DNA of 64,000 nt from Methanobacteriota archaeon (GTDB lineage: Archaea; Thermoplasmatota; Thermoplasmata; RBG-16-68-12): the NCBI GenBank assembly GCA_005878665.1, contig VBLR01000114.1:3945-67944 (forward strand). Reading direction: 5' to 3'. The notes under the pieces were generated by a model that saw only the letters and a list, made by a program, of their open reading frames with translations, made no database searches and was not told the origin of the DNA. This document shows positions 27,052-37,426 of the stretch, in pieces (within the stretch, counting starts at the first letter, position 1; each line of letters starts with the position of its first letter). The translations under genes were made by a program, and so were the position numbers.

Positions 27052-28367
27052 AGCGCATTCTTCTCGACTCGGGTCTCGACCCCTATGCGCTGTTCGCGGC
27101 CTCGCGCGACGATCACCCTCACGCGTTCATCCTCGAAAGTCTCACGGGCCCTGCGCGGCTGGCGGAACACACGTTCGTCGGCTTCGATCCGGAGATCATC
27201 ATTTCCTATCGGTCCGGTGTCCTGCGATCGAACGGCGAGACGGTCAAGACGAGTCGGCCTCTCGAGGCCTTGCGTTCGATCCTCGAAAAGTATGAGACGC
27301 CGGGCGTCCCGGGGCGCTACATCGGCGGCCTGGTCGGATACGTCTCCTATGAGTTCGTCCGGAACCTCGATTCCGTGCCTGCCCACGCCGACTCACCGTT
27401 CCCCGAGTTCGAGTTCGGCCTTTACCTCGACGGCGTCATCGTGGATCACGTCCACAAGCGATCGGAGTACTTCGCGCATGGCCGGTCCCGGTTCGAAGAT
27501 CTCCCGAAGGCAACAAGGTCGACTTCCGGACTTCGCGCGGATTCACCCAAACCGCAGACGAGCCAAGAGCGGTTCATGGACGCGGTTGAGAAAGCGAGAG
27601 TGGCTGTCCACAACGGCCAAGCCTTTCAGGTCGTCCTGTCTCGCCGAGACTACGGCCGGCTGACCGGGGATCCGCTCGCCTTCTACGAAAGGCTTCGGCG
27701 ACTGAACCCGAGTCCCTACATGTACTACCTCGACTTTGGGGTGCGACGTGTGATCGGCGCGAGCCCGGAGATGCTCCTCCGGGTGGAGGATCGCACCGCG
27801 ACGACGTTCCCGATTGCGGGCACGCGGCCGTTGGGCACAACCCTCCCGGAGACGGAGCGTTTCCGGGCCGAGCTACTAGCGGACGAGAAGGAGCGAGCGG
27901 AGCACTATATGCTCCTCGACTTGGCCCGCAACGACCTCGGGAAGGTGTGTCGTTTTGGGACCGTCAAGGTGCCGCAGCGCATGACGGTGGAGCGGTACAG
28001 CCACGTCCAGCACCTCGTCTCCCGGGTGGAAGGCGAGCTCGCGCCCGGGAACGACGCACTCGACGCGTTTGCGGCGGTGTTCCCGGCCGGGACCGTGAGC
28101 GGCGCGCCGAAGCCTCGGGCGATGGAGATCCTCCATGACCTCGAAGGGACCGCACGCGGCCCTTACGCGGGGGTCGTCGGCTACCTCTCCTTGAACGGAA
28201 ACGTGGATACCGCCATTGCGATCCGGACGCTCTTCGCCGACGGGCCGATGTACTACCTACAGGCGGGTGCCGGGATCGTCGCGGACTCGGATCCGGCGAG
28301 GGAGTGGTTCGAGACGGAGCACAAGCTCGAAGGCTTACGGGCCGCCTTGCGTGAGGCGGTCGAATGA
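27048..28367 (+). CDS. trpE: Anthranilate synthase component I
   Basis: ILES, NPSPYMY, ASPE, PIAGTR, KERAEH.ML.DL.RND, FPAGTVSGAPK, QAGAGIVADS. Confidence 0.93.
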   Translation: MKRILLDSGLDPYALFAASRDDHPHAFILESLTGPARLAEHTFVGFDPEIIISYRSGVLRSNGETVKTSRPLEALRSILEKYETPGVPGRYIGGLVGYVSYEFVRNLDSVPAHADSPFPEFEFGLYLDGVIVDHVHKRSEYFAHGRSRFEDLPKATRSTSGLRADSPKPQTSQERFMDAVEKARVAVHNGQAFQVVLSRRDYGRLTGDPLAFYERLRRLNPSPYMYYLDFGVRRVIGASPEMLLRVEDRTATTFPIAGTRPLGTTLPETERFRAELLADEKERAEHYMLLDLARNDLGKVCRFGTVKVPQRMTVERYSHVQHLVSRVEGELAPGNDALDAFAAVFPAGTVSGAPKPRAMEILHDLEGTARGPYAGVVGYLSLNGNVDTAIAIRTLFADGPMYYLQAGAGIVADSDPAREWFETEHKLEGLRAALREAVE

Positions 28368-28945
28368 AGGTCCTCATCATCGACAACTACGACTCATTCG
28401 TGTACAACCTGTACCAAGAGATCGGGGAAATCGGCGCGGATCCGGTCGTCTATCGCAACGACGGAATTACATTGAAAGAGGTGCGGCTGCTTGCGCCTGA
28501 TGCGATCGTCCTCTCTCCCGGGCCGGGCCATCCGGCCAACCCACGGGATTTCGGTGTGTGCCGGAACATTCTCGCGGAGTTGAGCCCCACCACCCCGACG
28601 CTGGGCGTCTGTCTCGGCCATCAGGGTATCGGGACGGCGTACGGCGGGAAGGTAGGTCACGCGCTGCGAATCCTGCACGGGAAGACGAGTCTCGTCCGAC
28701 ACGATGGCCGCACGATCTTCGAGGGTCTTCCGAATCCCATCACGGCCGGGCGCTACCATTCGCTCGCGATTGACCGCGGAGCGTTGCCCCAGGAGCTCGA
28801 AGTCAGCGCGACTTCCGACGACGGCGAGATTATGGCCGTGCGGCACCGCCGTTATCCGATTGAAGGCGTCCAATTCCATCCCGAGTCAATCCTCACACCG
28901 GAAGGGCCGGGGCTTCTCCGAAACTTCCTCAAGGAGGCCAAGTGA
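28364..28945 (+). CDS. trpG: Anthranilate synthase component II
   Basis: IDNYDSF, SPGPG, GVCLGHQ, RYHSL, QFHPES. Confidence 0.95.
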   Translation: MKVLIIDNYDSFVYNLYQEIGEIGADPVVYRNDGITLKEVRLLAPDAIVLSPGPGHPANPRDFGVCRNILAELSPTTPTLGVCLGHQGIGTAYGGKVGHALRILHGKTSLVRHDGRTIFEGLPNPITAGRYHSLAIDRGALPQELEVSATSDDGEIMAVRHRRYPIEGVQFHPESILTPEGPGLLRNFLKEAK

Positions 28946-29991
28946 TGATTCAGGATGCGATCGGAGACCTCGCGACGGGCGCATCTCTCGGCTTCGAGCG
29001 CGCGTACGCTGCGATGGCGGAGATCATGGATTCGCAGGCGACCCCCGCGCAAATCGGCGCGTTCCTGATGGGACTCCGGATGAAAGGCGAGGGACCCGAT
29101 GAGATTGCGGGCATGGCAACGGCGATGCGGGATCGGTCGGTTCGCATTCGGTCGCGCGAGGACGGGCGCGTTGTCGACCTGTGTGGGACAGGCGGAGCTC
29201 GGTTGACCACGTTCAACGTCTCCACGATAGCAATGTTCGTCGTCGCGGCCGCCGGCGTGAGAGTGGCGAAGCACGGAAATCGAGCGGTCACCAGCCGCTG
29301 CGGGAGCGCGGACTTGCTCGAGGCCCTCGGAGCCCGTGTGGACCTGGAGCCGTCGGAGGTCGAGCGGATTCTCGAGGCCCACGGTCTTTGTTTCATGTTC
29401 GCCCCGAAGTTCCATCCCGCCATGCAGCACGCGATGGGGCCGCGCAGGGAGCTGGGCGTGCGCACCGTCTTCAACATCCTCGGACCCCTGACGAACCCGG
29501 CGGGCGCGAAAGGCCACCTCCTCGGGGTCTTCAGCCCGGATCTAGTGCCGCTCGTGTCAAAGGTGGCCGTCCGCCTCGGGATTGAGCACGCCCTTGTGGT
29601 CCACGGCCAAGCGGGGATGGACGAGATTTGCCTTTGCTGCCCGACGATCGTCGGAGAGGTGGCCGACGGCCGGACGCGGCAATTCCTGCTGAAGCCGGCG
29701 GACTTCGGCTTCGATCGCGCGGACTCGAGGGACTTGGCGGGGGCGGAGCCGGAGACCGCGGCCAAGGAGGCCGTGCGGATTCTGCGAGGCGAACGCGGGC
29801 CGAAGCGAGAGATGCTCCTGGCCAACGCGGCGGGCGGTATCTACGTTTCCGGGAAGGTGGATTCCCTCCCGGAAGCACTCCCCCTTGCGGTGGAGGCCCT
29901 CGACTCGGGGAGGGCGTTCGAAACCTTGCGTACCTTCGTGAAGGCCACCGGAGGAAATTTGTCGAAGGTGGAGGACGATGGACACCCTTGA
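28942..29991 (+). CDS. trpD: Anthranilate phosphoribosyltransferase
   Basis: DLCGTGG, FNVST, KHGNR, GSAD, RTVFNILGPLTNP. Confidence 0.95.
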   Translation: MMIQDAIGDLATGASLGFERAYAAMAEIMDSQATPAQIGAFLMGLRMKGEGPDEIAGMATAMRDRSVRIRSREDGRVVDLCGTGGARLTTFNVSTIAMFVVAAAGVRVAKHGNRAVTSRCGSADLLEALGARVDLEPSEVERILEAHGLCFMFAPKFHPAMQHAMGPRRELGVRTVFNILGPLTNPAGAKGHLLGVFSPDLVPLVSKVAVRLGIEHALVVHGQAGMDEICLCCPTIVGEVADGRTRQFLLKPADFGFDRADSRDLAGAEPETAAKEAVRILRGERGPKREMLLANAAGGIYVSGKVDSLPEALPLAVEALDSGRAFETLRTFVKATGGNLSKVEDDGHP

Positions 29992-30745
29992 GCGCCTCGT
30001 GGTGAACGCGGAGACCCTTCTCAGGGAAGGCTACTACGACGTGCGAGGCGAAACGCTCCGGAGTCCATCCTTCTTGGGCGCTTTGGCCGCGTCGGCTCGG
30101 TCCTCGGATGTGATTGCGGAAATCAAGTTCGCATCGCCGGGCATGCGGAGCCCGAGAGATGTGGCGGAGTTCGATGCCATCTTGAACGGGATAGTCGCGG
30201 CGAAACCACTCGGGCTCTCCGTCCTCGCAGAGCCCAAGATCTTCGGCGGGAGTATCGACTTCGTATCGCGCGCGGCTCGCACGGGTCTCCCCGTCCTCAT
30301 GAAGGATGTCGTCATCGACTCGAGGCAGATCGATGCCGCGGCACGTTGCGGGGCTTCCGCTCTGTTGCTCATTGAGACGCTCGCGCGCGGGGGGCACTCT
30401 CATCGGCGGATCGACAGGCTCATCGATGAGGCCCATGATCGAAAGGTCGAAGTCGTACTCGAGGTCCACACGCTTGAGGAGTGGGATGCGGCGGTCGAGA
30501 CACCGGCCGATATCCTGGGGGTCAACAATCGCAGCCTTGCGACCCTGGCAATTGACCTGGGGACGACACCACGCATTCTCGGGGAGCGGCGGAAGGATCG
30601 ACCCGTCATCGCCATGAGCGGGATTGAGACGCGAAGGCAGGTGGACACCATGCTCCAAGCCGGGGCCGACGCCGTCCTGGTCGGCACATCGATCATGCAT
30701 CACGATGAGCCCGCGAAAAAGCTCCAGGAGCTGCAGCATGGTTGA
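29978..30745 (+). CDS. trpC: Indole-3-glycerol phosphate synthase
   Basis: [40 protein letters not shown]. Confidence 0.92.
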   Translation: MDTLERLVVNAETLLREGYYDVRGETLRSPSFLGALAASARSSDVIAEIKFASPGMRSPRDVAEFDAILNGIVAAKPLGLSVLAEPKIFGGSIDFVSRAARTGLPVLMKDVVIDSRQIDAAARCGASALLLIETLARGGHSHRRIDRLIDEAHDRKVEVVLEVHTLEEWDAAVETPADILGVNNRSLATLAIDLGTTPRILGERRKDRPVIAMSGIETRRQVDTMLQAGADAVLVGTSIMHHDEPAKKLQELQHG

Positions 30746-31937
30746 CGCGTACATCGTCCGGAAGAGAGGATACTTCGGACAATTCGGGGGGCAGTACGTG
30801 CCGGAGACGCTCATGCCCGCGTTGCACGAGCTCGAGGCGGCGTACGAGGAGGCAAAAGAGGATCCGGCGTTCCTGGAGGAACTCGAATCGTACTATCGAC
30901 ACTACGGCGGACGCCCGACGCCCCTCTACCTCGCCCGACGCCTGACGGACCACATCGGAGGGGCGCAGATCTATCTGAAGCGGGAAGACCTCTGCCATGG
31001 CGGAGCCCACAAGTTCAACAACGTCATGGGCCAGGCCCTCCTCGCCCGTCGCATGGGGAAGAAGCGCGTGATCGCAGAGACGGGCGCGGGCCAGCATGGC
31101 GTCGCCACCGCGATGGTCGGGGCAGTCCTCGGTCTGCCCGTCGAGGTGTACATGGGCGCCGCCGACATGCAACGACAATCCCTCAATGTATTTCGGATGA
31201 GGCTCCTCGGCGCGACCGTGCACCGCGTCGAACAAGGTAGCCGGACGCTGAAGGACGCCATTAACGAGGCGCTGCGGGATTGGGTGACGAACGTCGAGAA
31301 CACGTACTACCTCCTCGGAAGCGTCGTGGGCCCGCATCCGTATCCGACAATCGTGCGAGACTTTCAGAGTGTCATCGGCCGAGAGATCCGAGAGCAGAGC
31401 CTCGAACGCAACGGCCGACTTCCCGACCTTCTCGTCGCGTGCGTCGGCGGCGGAAGCAACGCGATGGGGACGTTCGCGCCTTTCCTCGATGATGAACGAG
31501 TCGAGCTGCTCGGTGTCGAGGCAGGCGGCCGTGGAATGTCGCCGGGGGAACATTCGGCCTCTCTGACGGGGGGCCGCCCCGGGGTCTTACACGGAGCCCG
31601 ATCGTACGTCCTTCAGGACGACGACGGGCAAGTGCTTGAGACACATAGCATCTCCGCGGGCCTCGACTACCCCGGCGTCGGCCCGCAGCTATCCGCGTTG
31701 AAAGATATAAAGCGCGCGTCCTTTGTGGCGGTCACCGACAAACAGGCTCTCGAGGGGTTCCACGCCCTCGCGACGTATGAGGGAATCCTACCTGCGCTCG
31801 AGCCCGCTCACGCCGTGTTCGTAGCGATGCAGAAGGCGCGGGAGATGAAGCGCGACGAAGTCGTTGTCGTCACGGTCTCCGGTCGAGGGGACAAGGACAT
31901 GGCCACGGTGGCCGATTCGATGGGAGTGAAAGTCTGA
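30738..31937 (+). CDS. trpB: Tryptophan synthase beta chain
   Basis: [56 protein letters not shown]. Confidence 0.96.
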   Translation: MVDAYIVRKRGYFGQFGGQYVPETLMPALHELEAAYEEAKEDPAFLEELESYYRHYGGRPTPLYLARRLTDHIGGAQIYLKREDLCHGGAHKFNNVMGQALLARRMGKKRVIAETGAGQHGVATAMVGAVLGLPVEVYMGAADMQRQSLNVFRMRLLGATVHRVEQGSRTLKDAINEALRDWVTNVENTYYLLGSVVGPHPYPTIVRDFQSVIGREIREQSLERNGRLPDLLVACVGGGSNAMGTFAPFLDDERVELLGVEAGGRGMSPGEHSASLTGGRPGVLHGARSYVLQDDDGQVLETHSISAGLDYPGVGPQLSALKDIKRASFVAVTDKQALEGFHALATYEGILPALEPAHAVFVAMQKAREMKRDEVVVVTVSGRGDKDMATVADSMGVKV

Positions 31938-32758
31938 GCCGCATCTCGAACGCATTCCGCCGCGCCGCGGCGGAGAGTCGCGCCGCCTTCGTCGTCTACC
32001 TGATGGCCGGCGACCCTGACCTCCGGATGACGGAATCGCTCGCAACGGCCTGCGAAGCGGGAGGGGCGGATCTCCTAGAGCTCGGCATCCCCTTCTCCGA
32101 CCCCATCGCCGATGGTCCCGAGATTCAGGAGGCTGGGCAACGGGCTCTTCGTGCCGGGACGCGTCCGCGCGACGTCATCGGCCTGGCGGCGCGCATCCGT
32201 CAAGAGACGGAGATCCCGCTCGTCCTCATGACATACATGAACCCGGTCCTCGCGATGGGTCTTCCGACGTTCGCCGAACGAGCCGCGAGCGCGGGGGTCG
32301 ACGGGGTCGTCGTCCCAGACCTTTCTCTTGAGGCCTCGCCCGAGATCCGAGAGCCGCTCGACGCGCACGGCGTCGACATGATTCAGCTCGTCGCGCCGTC
32401 CACCCCGCCCACGAGGGCTGCTGCGATCGCGGACGCCTCCCGCGGGTTCCTGTACGTCGTCGCAAGGTACGGGACCACGGGTGCGCGATCGAGCCTGCCG
32501 GAGGACCTGAGGGGTCGAATTGCCGCCCTTCACCGGGTTTCGTCCCTCCCTCTCGGTGTGGGCTTCGGAGTAACGACTGGTGCTCATGTCCGAGCGGTTG
32601 CGGCCGCTGGTGCGGACGGGGTCGTCGTCGGGAGTTCGATTGTACGTCGTGCGGCAGAGCGCCGCGATCCGGAGGATCTCCGAAAATTCGTCGCCGAACT
32701 CGCTACGGGACTTGCCGTCGAGCGGACGACCTCCTCCATTTCTTCGAGCAAACGATAG
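31934..32758 (+). CDS. trpA: Tryptophan synthase alpha chain (CTG start)
   Basis: [40 protein letters not shown]. Confidence 0.93.
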   Translation: MSRISNAFRRAAAESRAAFVVYLMAGDPDLRMTESLATACEAGGADLLELGIPFSDPIADGPEIQEAGQRALRAGTRPRDVIGLAARIRQETEIPLVLMTYMNPVLAMGLPTFAERAASAGVDGVVVPDLSLEASPEIREPLDAHGVDMIQLVAPSTPPTRAAAIADASRGFLYVVARYGTTGARSSLPEDLRGRIAALHRVSSLPLGVGFGVTTGAHVRAVAAAGADGVVVGSSIVRRAAERRDPEDLRKFVAELATGLAVERTTSSISSSKR

Positions 32759-32926
32759 GTGAGTTCGATCCCTCCGGGGGCCGACGCACCAGGCCGAGTG
32801 CGAGGTCTTGTTGGTGACGCCGTTCAATTCGACGGCCTTGGTCGCTGCTCCTCGGATTCCGGCCGCCGTCGGCGGTGAAGATGTCTTTGTGAGAGAAGAG
32901 AGAGCGCCAACCGATTTGCGCGCGAC

Positions 32927-33340
32927 TCAGTGCGTGTGCGCATGACCCTGGTGGGATTCGTGCTGGTCAGGAGCTTCCTCGCCTTTCGGGTTGAAGCTCT
33001 GGCCGCATCCGCAGGTCGACCAGTTGTTCGGGTTGCTCACGAGGAAGCCGCTGCCTGCGACGCTCTCCGCGTAGTCCACGTTCGAGCCGTCGAGGTATTC
33101 CTTGCTGTTGCCGTCGACGAGGACCTTGAGCCCGTGGACTTGGACGACCTCATCGTCCTCGTGGATCTTCCGGTCGAGCGCGAGACCATAGCGGAAGCCG
33201 GAGCAGCCGCCGCCCGCGACATACATACGGAGATACGTGTCTTCGAGAGAGCCCAACGCTTGGCCGGTCTCCGGATCGGACCTCTGGATGAGCTCCTTGA
33301 CCTTGTTCGCTGCGGTTTCGGTCAGGGTGACCTGGATCAT
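32927..33340 (-). CDS. A-type Fe-S carrier (IscA/ErpA/HesB family) with His-rich tail
   Basis: GGGCSGFRY, CGCGQSF. Confidence 0.92.
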   Translation of the reverse strand: MIQVTLTETAANKVKELIQRSDPETGQALGSLEDTYLRMYVAGGGCSGFRYGLALDRKIHEDDEVVQVHGLKVLVDGNSKEYLDGSNVDYAESVAGSGFLVSNPNNWSTCGCGQSFNPKGEEAPDQHESHQGHAHTH

Positions 33341-33426
33341 TGCACTACCCCGCATCCTCCGAACACGATGACGCCGTTATTTAACCCTTTGGTGGTTAGT
33401 TGCGCGACTCCGAGGATCAGGGGTGG

Positions 33427-33897
33427 TCATTCGAGCGATTTTCCCATATACCGGCGTTCCGCCCGGAATCCCAGGCTCTCGTAGACGTGGCGGGCGCGGG
33501 CGTTCGTCTCGGAAACTTCGAGCTTGATTTTTCGATACCCTCGCTGCCGAGCCCAGTCGCTCGCCCACTCGACGAGGAATTTCCCGACGCCCTTCCCGCG
33601 CCGATCCGGGGCGACCCAGACATCGTAGATGAAACCCTGGGCCTCCGGGGTGATGAAACCGCCCTCGCCGAGGATCACATACCCGAGGAGCTCGTGGTCC
33701 GCCGTCTCGGCGATCCAACGCTCCGTTCGGTCCCCTGCCATGTACGGTTCGATTTTCTTTCGGAAATGGGCTTCCCACTTGTCGCGATTCAGACGGGCAC
33801 GTTCGTCCGCGGGGATGTCGTCCCAGACCGTCTGAAGGGTGGCTCGCCACATGACGTCGTCGTCCGCTCGTCGGGCCCGGCGCATACGGACGTCCAT
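33427..33897 (-). CDS. GNAT N-acetyltransferase
   Basis: VWVAPDRRGKGVG, NARARHVYESLGF. Confidence 0.88.
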   Translation of the reverse strand: MDVRMRRARRADDDVMWRATLQTVWDDIPADERARLNRDKWEAHFRKKIEPYMAGDRTERWIAETADHELLGYVILGEGGFITPEAQGFIYDVWVAPDRRGKGVGKFLVEWASDWARQRGYRKIKLEVSETNARARHVYESLGFRAERRYMGKSLE

Positions 33898-34031
33898 GGT
33901 ACGCCCCGTCGCGACACGGTATCTCGGTCCATGAACATGTCGGCCTCTCATGAGAAACGCATGACACAAAAATTCGAACGGTCATCATTCAGTGCCCAGC
34001 TTTTATATGACCCTCGGCCGTTGTTGCGGCT

Positions 34032-36512
34032 GTGCTCCCCTCGCGCTGCGCTCGATGCGGCGCCGTGAGTCGCGATTTTCTGTGCGCGTCATGCCTCGAT
34101 TTTCTCGTCGCCGATCGCCCGCTGTGGTTGAATCCCGGGCTCCTCCCCGGGCCGTCGCTCATGGATCTCACCCGCGCGAACGACGTCGCGATCGTCGCGG
34201 CCGACCTCTCCGAAATCGAATGGCGCCGGCCTACGCGCGAACCGACGGCTGCGGAAGCGGTCCGACTCGTGCGGCTGCTCCACCTCGATTCGGACGAGAC
34301 AGCAATCGTGAGCGTTGGCGACGCCGAAGTCCTTCACAGCTTCCTGCGCGACGCTCGTCGTTCAACGCCAACGAATGTCGAGGAACGAAGGGCCCTCGCG
34401 GCCGTTTGTCGGTATCTGCAGTCACGGGATTGGATGCCTTCCCACTTGGCGGCTGAATACGGACTTCGAGCGAAGGTACTCGAGCCGCCGAAAGGAACTG
34501 CGTCGAAGCCGGTGGCGGTCCGGCAGGAAGTCTCGGAACCACCGACCCCGATTGAACCGCCTCTGCCCGAGGTTTCTGTGGAACCGGACGTCCCCGAAGC
34601 ACCGCCCGAGTCCGCCTTCGAGGATTTGGAGGACCTCGACCTACCCGAGGAGGACGTGCCCTTGCTCGAGGCTCAGCCGGTCCCGCCGGACCCCATCCCG
34701 CGTCCAGAGCCGCCGCTTCCTCTTCCCCAACCCGAGCCCGCGCCCGGTCCCGTGCCGGAACCAGAACCGGAGCCCGGCCCGGAACCGGAGGAGGGATTCC
34801 CCGACCTAACCCACCGTGCGGAACTTGAGGAATCTCGCCGGACCCTGCAGAAAGAACGAGCGGATGCCGAAGCGTACGTCCAATCCCGGACGCAGGAATT
34901 CCTCTCGAAGGAGGAGCGGCTCTTCGCCCGCGAACGGGCCGTCGCATCGAAGGAGGAAGAAATCGAGGCCCGTGCCCGGACGGCGACGGAGCGCCTCGTC
35001 GCGTTGGAGAAGGACTCGGCCCGGCGCGAAGTGTTGCGGTTCCTCGGCGCGATCCCGGGCATGTCCACAGCCCAGGCGGATGTGATTGCGACCGCGTTCC
35101 CCGACATCGCCTCGTTGACCGCCGCAGACGAGAAAGCTCTGACCCAGTGCAAAGGTGTGACCGGCGCGTTAGCCCACGCAATTCGACTCGAGCTTGCGCC
35201 TGGCGAGCTCGAAGACGAACGACGTTCGAGCCGACTTCGGGAGGAAGCCCAGGCGTTCATCGAAGAAGGCGAATACGACGCCGCGCTGGAATGCTACGAC
35301 CGCCTGCTCCGATCCCGGCCGGAGGAGACGAGCGTCTGGTTCGACCGGGCCGAGCTCCTCGTCCTCCTCGACCGCCCCGAAGAAGCCCTCCAGTGCTACA
35401 CGCGGATCCTCGATTTCGATCCAGCGAATCGCCAAGCGTCATACGAGCGTGCGAATCTCCTCTTTGGGCTTGGCCGGCTCTCGGTCGCGGTCGACGCGCT
35501 GCGCGATGCGCTCCGCCTCGAGCCGTCGAAATCTCGAGAGGTCGTGCAGAAGGCGGAACAACTGCGGAGAGACGGCCATCCGAACGAGGCCGTCCTTCTG
35601 TTTCGCGCCATCCTCGAGATCGCTCCGGACGACCCGCGGGCCATCCTGGGCCTCGGAGACACGCTGATCGACCTCGGGGATTCGGACGCCGCGGAGGCCC
35701 AGTTCGCGCGAGCGCTCGGGAGGGACCCGCAAAACGCACCCATCCTCTTCCGGAAGGGCGCGCTCCTTGAGCGGAAAGGCCGTTGGGGTGCGGCCGTCCA
35801 ATACTACAACCGCGCCATCGCCCTTCGATGGAATTATCCGGAACCATGGCTCGCGAAAGGCGATATCCTCCTGAATCACGCTCGCCCAAGAGAGGCCCTC
35901 GAGTCGTTCGAGAAGGTGGCTTCCTTCGACCCGCAGCGGATCGAGGCGTGGGCCGGAGCCGCCCGAGCCCATGCCGCGTTGGGCCAGGCGGACGAAGCGG
36001 AGGCGGCCCTTGCGAACGGGGCGCGTTTCGGAGCCGACCATCCCGCGGTCCTCGTCGCACGGGAAGCGATTGCGCAGATTACCGGCGCGCGGCCCGCGGC
36101 CTCGGAGCCCTTGGAGCCGATCACCGATCTTCCATCGCTCGCGAAGGCGTTCGAGGCGATCGAGGAAGAGGTCGAGGCCCCCGAATCGAGCGTCCCACCC
36201 GATTTTCAGTCATTCGTCGAATCGATTGAGCCAGAGAAAGAGGACACCCATGTCCTCTTGCAACTCGCGGAGCTGGCGATCGAAGGCGGGGATCCACAGA
36301 TGGGTCTCCTCCGGTACGAGCAGGCGATTGAGCGGGAGCCCCGCAATGCCGACGCATGGACCGGGAAAGGCGTCGCCCTGCAGCAGCTCGAGCGATTCCG
36401 GGAAGCCCTCGAGGCGTACGACCGCGCGCTCTCCTTGAAGCCGAACCACGAGCTAGCGCGGAAGTGGCGCGAGTCGTGCGCCCGGCACGTGCCGTCGGAG
36501 GCGAACGAGTGA
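34032..36512 (+). CDS. Large TPR protein with N-terminal Cys4 finger, Pro/Glu linker, coiled coil and HhH pair
   Basis: CARC..CASC; PEPEPEPGPEPE; IPGMS/CKGVT HhH-like motifs; multiple 34-aa TPRs (ALECYDRLL, AWTGKGVAL). Confidence 0.8.
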   Translation: MLPSRCARCGAVSRDFLCASCLDFLVADRPLWLNPGLLPGPSLMDLTRANDVAIVAADLSEIEWRRPTREPTAAEAVRLVRLLHLDSDETAIVSVGDAEVLHSFLRDARRSTPTNVEERRALAAVCRYLQSRDWMPSHLAAEYGLRAKVLEPPKGTASKPVAVRQEVSEPPTPIEPPLPEVSVEPDVPEAPPESAFEDLEDLDLPEEDVPLLEAQPVPPDPIPRPEPPLPLPQPEPAPGPVPEPEPEPGPEPEEGFPDLTHRAELEESRRTLQKERADAEAYVQSRTQEFLSKEERLFARERAVASKEEEIEARARTATERLVALEKDSARREVLRFLGAIPGMSTAQADVIATAFPDIASLTAADEKALTQCKGVTGALAHAIRLELAPGELEDERRSSRLREEAQAFIEEGEYDAALECYDRLLRSRPEETSVWFDRAELLVLLDRPEEALQCYTRILDFDPANRQASYERANLLFGLGRLSVAVDALRDALRLEPSKSREVVQKAEQLRRDGHPNEAVLLFRAILEIAPDDPRAILGLGDTLIDLGDSDAAEAQFARALGRDPQNAPILFRKGALLERKGRWGAAVQYYNRAIALRWNYPEPWLAKGDILLNHARPREALESFEKVASFDPQRIEAWAGAARAHAALGQADEAEAALANGARFGADHPAVLVAREAIAQITGARPAASEPLEPITDLPSLAKAFEAIEEEVEAPESSVPPDFQSFVESIEPEKEDTHVLLQLAELAIEGGDPQMGLLRYEQAIEREPRNADAWTGKGVALQQLERFREALEAYDRALSLKPNHELARKWRESCARHVPSEANE

Positions 36513-37426
36513 TGCTGGCGCCAGACACCGCACGGCGGTTTCTCCCGAGCGTCGATCGCCTCGAGTCCGCGATGCACGCCGCGCGACGCGCCTTTGACCA
36601 GGGGGACACGGACGGTGCCCTCGGCCAACTCGGAGTCGCCCTCAAGCTCAAGCCGGAATACGACGCGGCGTGGATCCTCAAAGGTCACGTCCTGCAGAAG
36701 GCGGGGGAACTGGAAGCCGCCCTGGACTCGTTCATGCAGTCGCTGAAATGCAACGGGGACTCGAAGGAAGGCTGGATGGGCCTCGCCTCCGTGTTGCACG
36801 GGCTCGGTCGACTGAAGGAGGAGGCGGAAGCGTACGATCGGCTGTTGGCCTTCGACCCGCGGTCGCTCGAAGCGTGGATCGACAAGGGCGCCGTCCTCCA
36901 TGAGTTGGAAGACTACCCCGCGGCCATCCTTTGCTATGAGGAAGTCCTCGCGCTCCGACCGGAGTTCGCGACGGCATGGAACAACAAGGGCGCGGCGTTG
37001 CTCCGTCTCGGCCGTGAGGCCGAGGCCGCTCGATGCTTCGAGGAGGCCCTGCGCCTCGATCCCGATTGCGTCGATGCGATGGCGAACCGGACGTACCTCT
37101 GCGAAAAGCAGGGGTACCACGGGGAGGCAATCCTCTGGGCGGACCGCGCGCTGCGAATTCGGGAGGCGCCGGGGCTCTGGTACGCGAAAGGCCGCGCTCA
37201 CCTCGGGCTGCTCGAGTCCACGCTAGCGATTCGCTCGTTCGACCGCGCGCTCGCGCTTGACTCGACTCTCAAGGAGGCGAAAGCGGAGCTCCGACGCGCG
37301 AAAGCGATGCGGGGGAAGTCCGACTTCTACCGCGGCGCGTACGAGTGTTTCGGCACCCATCTCGCAGGCGACCCTGGCTGCGAGGAATGCGAGATTCGCC
37401 CGCGATGTCGCGAGGTGACTCCGTGA
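36509..37426 (+). CDS. TPR protein with C-terminal Cys cluster
   Basis: Repeats AWILKG, AWIDKG, AWNNKG; C-terminal CFG...CEECEIRPRC; GTGA-coupled. Confidence 0.82.
   Translation: MMLAPDTARRFLPSVDRLESAMHAARRAFDQGDTDGALGQLGVALKLKPEYDAAWILKGHVLQKAGELEAALDSFMQSLKCNGDSKEGWMGLASVLHGLGRLKEEAEAYDRLLAFDPRSLEAWIDKGAVLHELEDYPAAILCYEEVLALRPEFATAWNNKGAALLRLGREAEAARCFEEALRLDPDCVDAMANRTYLCEKQGYHGEAILWADRALRIREAPGLWYAKGRAHLGLLESTLAIRSFDRALALDSTLKEAKAELRRAKAMRGKSDFYRGAYECFGTHLAGDPGCEECEIRPRCREVTP

Noticed and set aside
32757..32782. tRNA T-arm-like GAGTTCGATCCCTC after trpA
   Set aside because: No 5-bp T stem, acceptor stem or anticodon arm; not a tRNA or a convincing att-site remnant
34660..34795. ccggaa/ccggag tandem-like repeats
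   Set aside because: They encode the Pro-Glu linker of the TPR protein; not a CRISPR array or DNA repeat element
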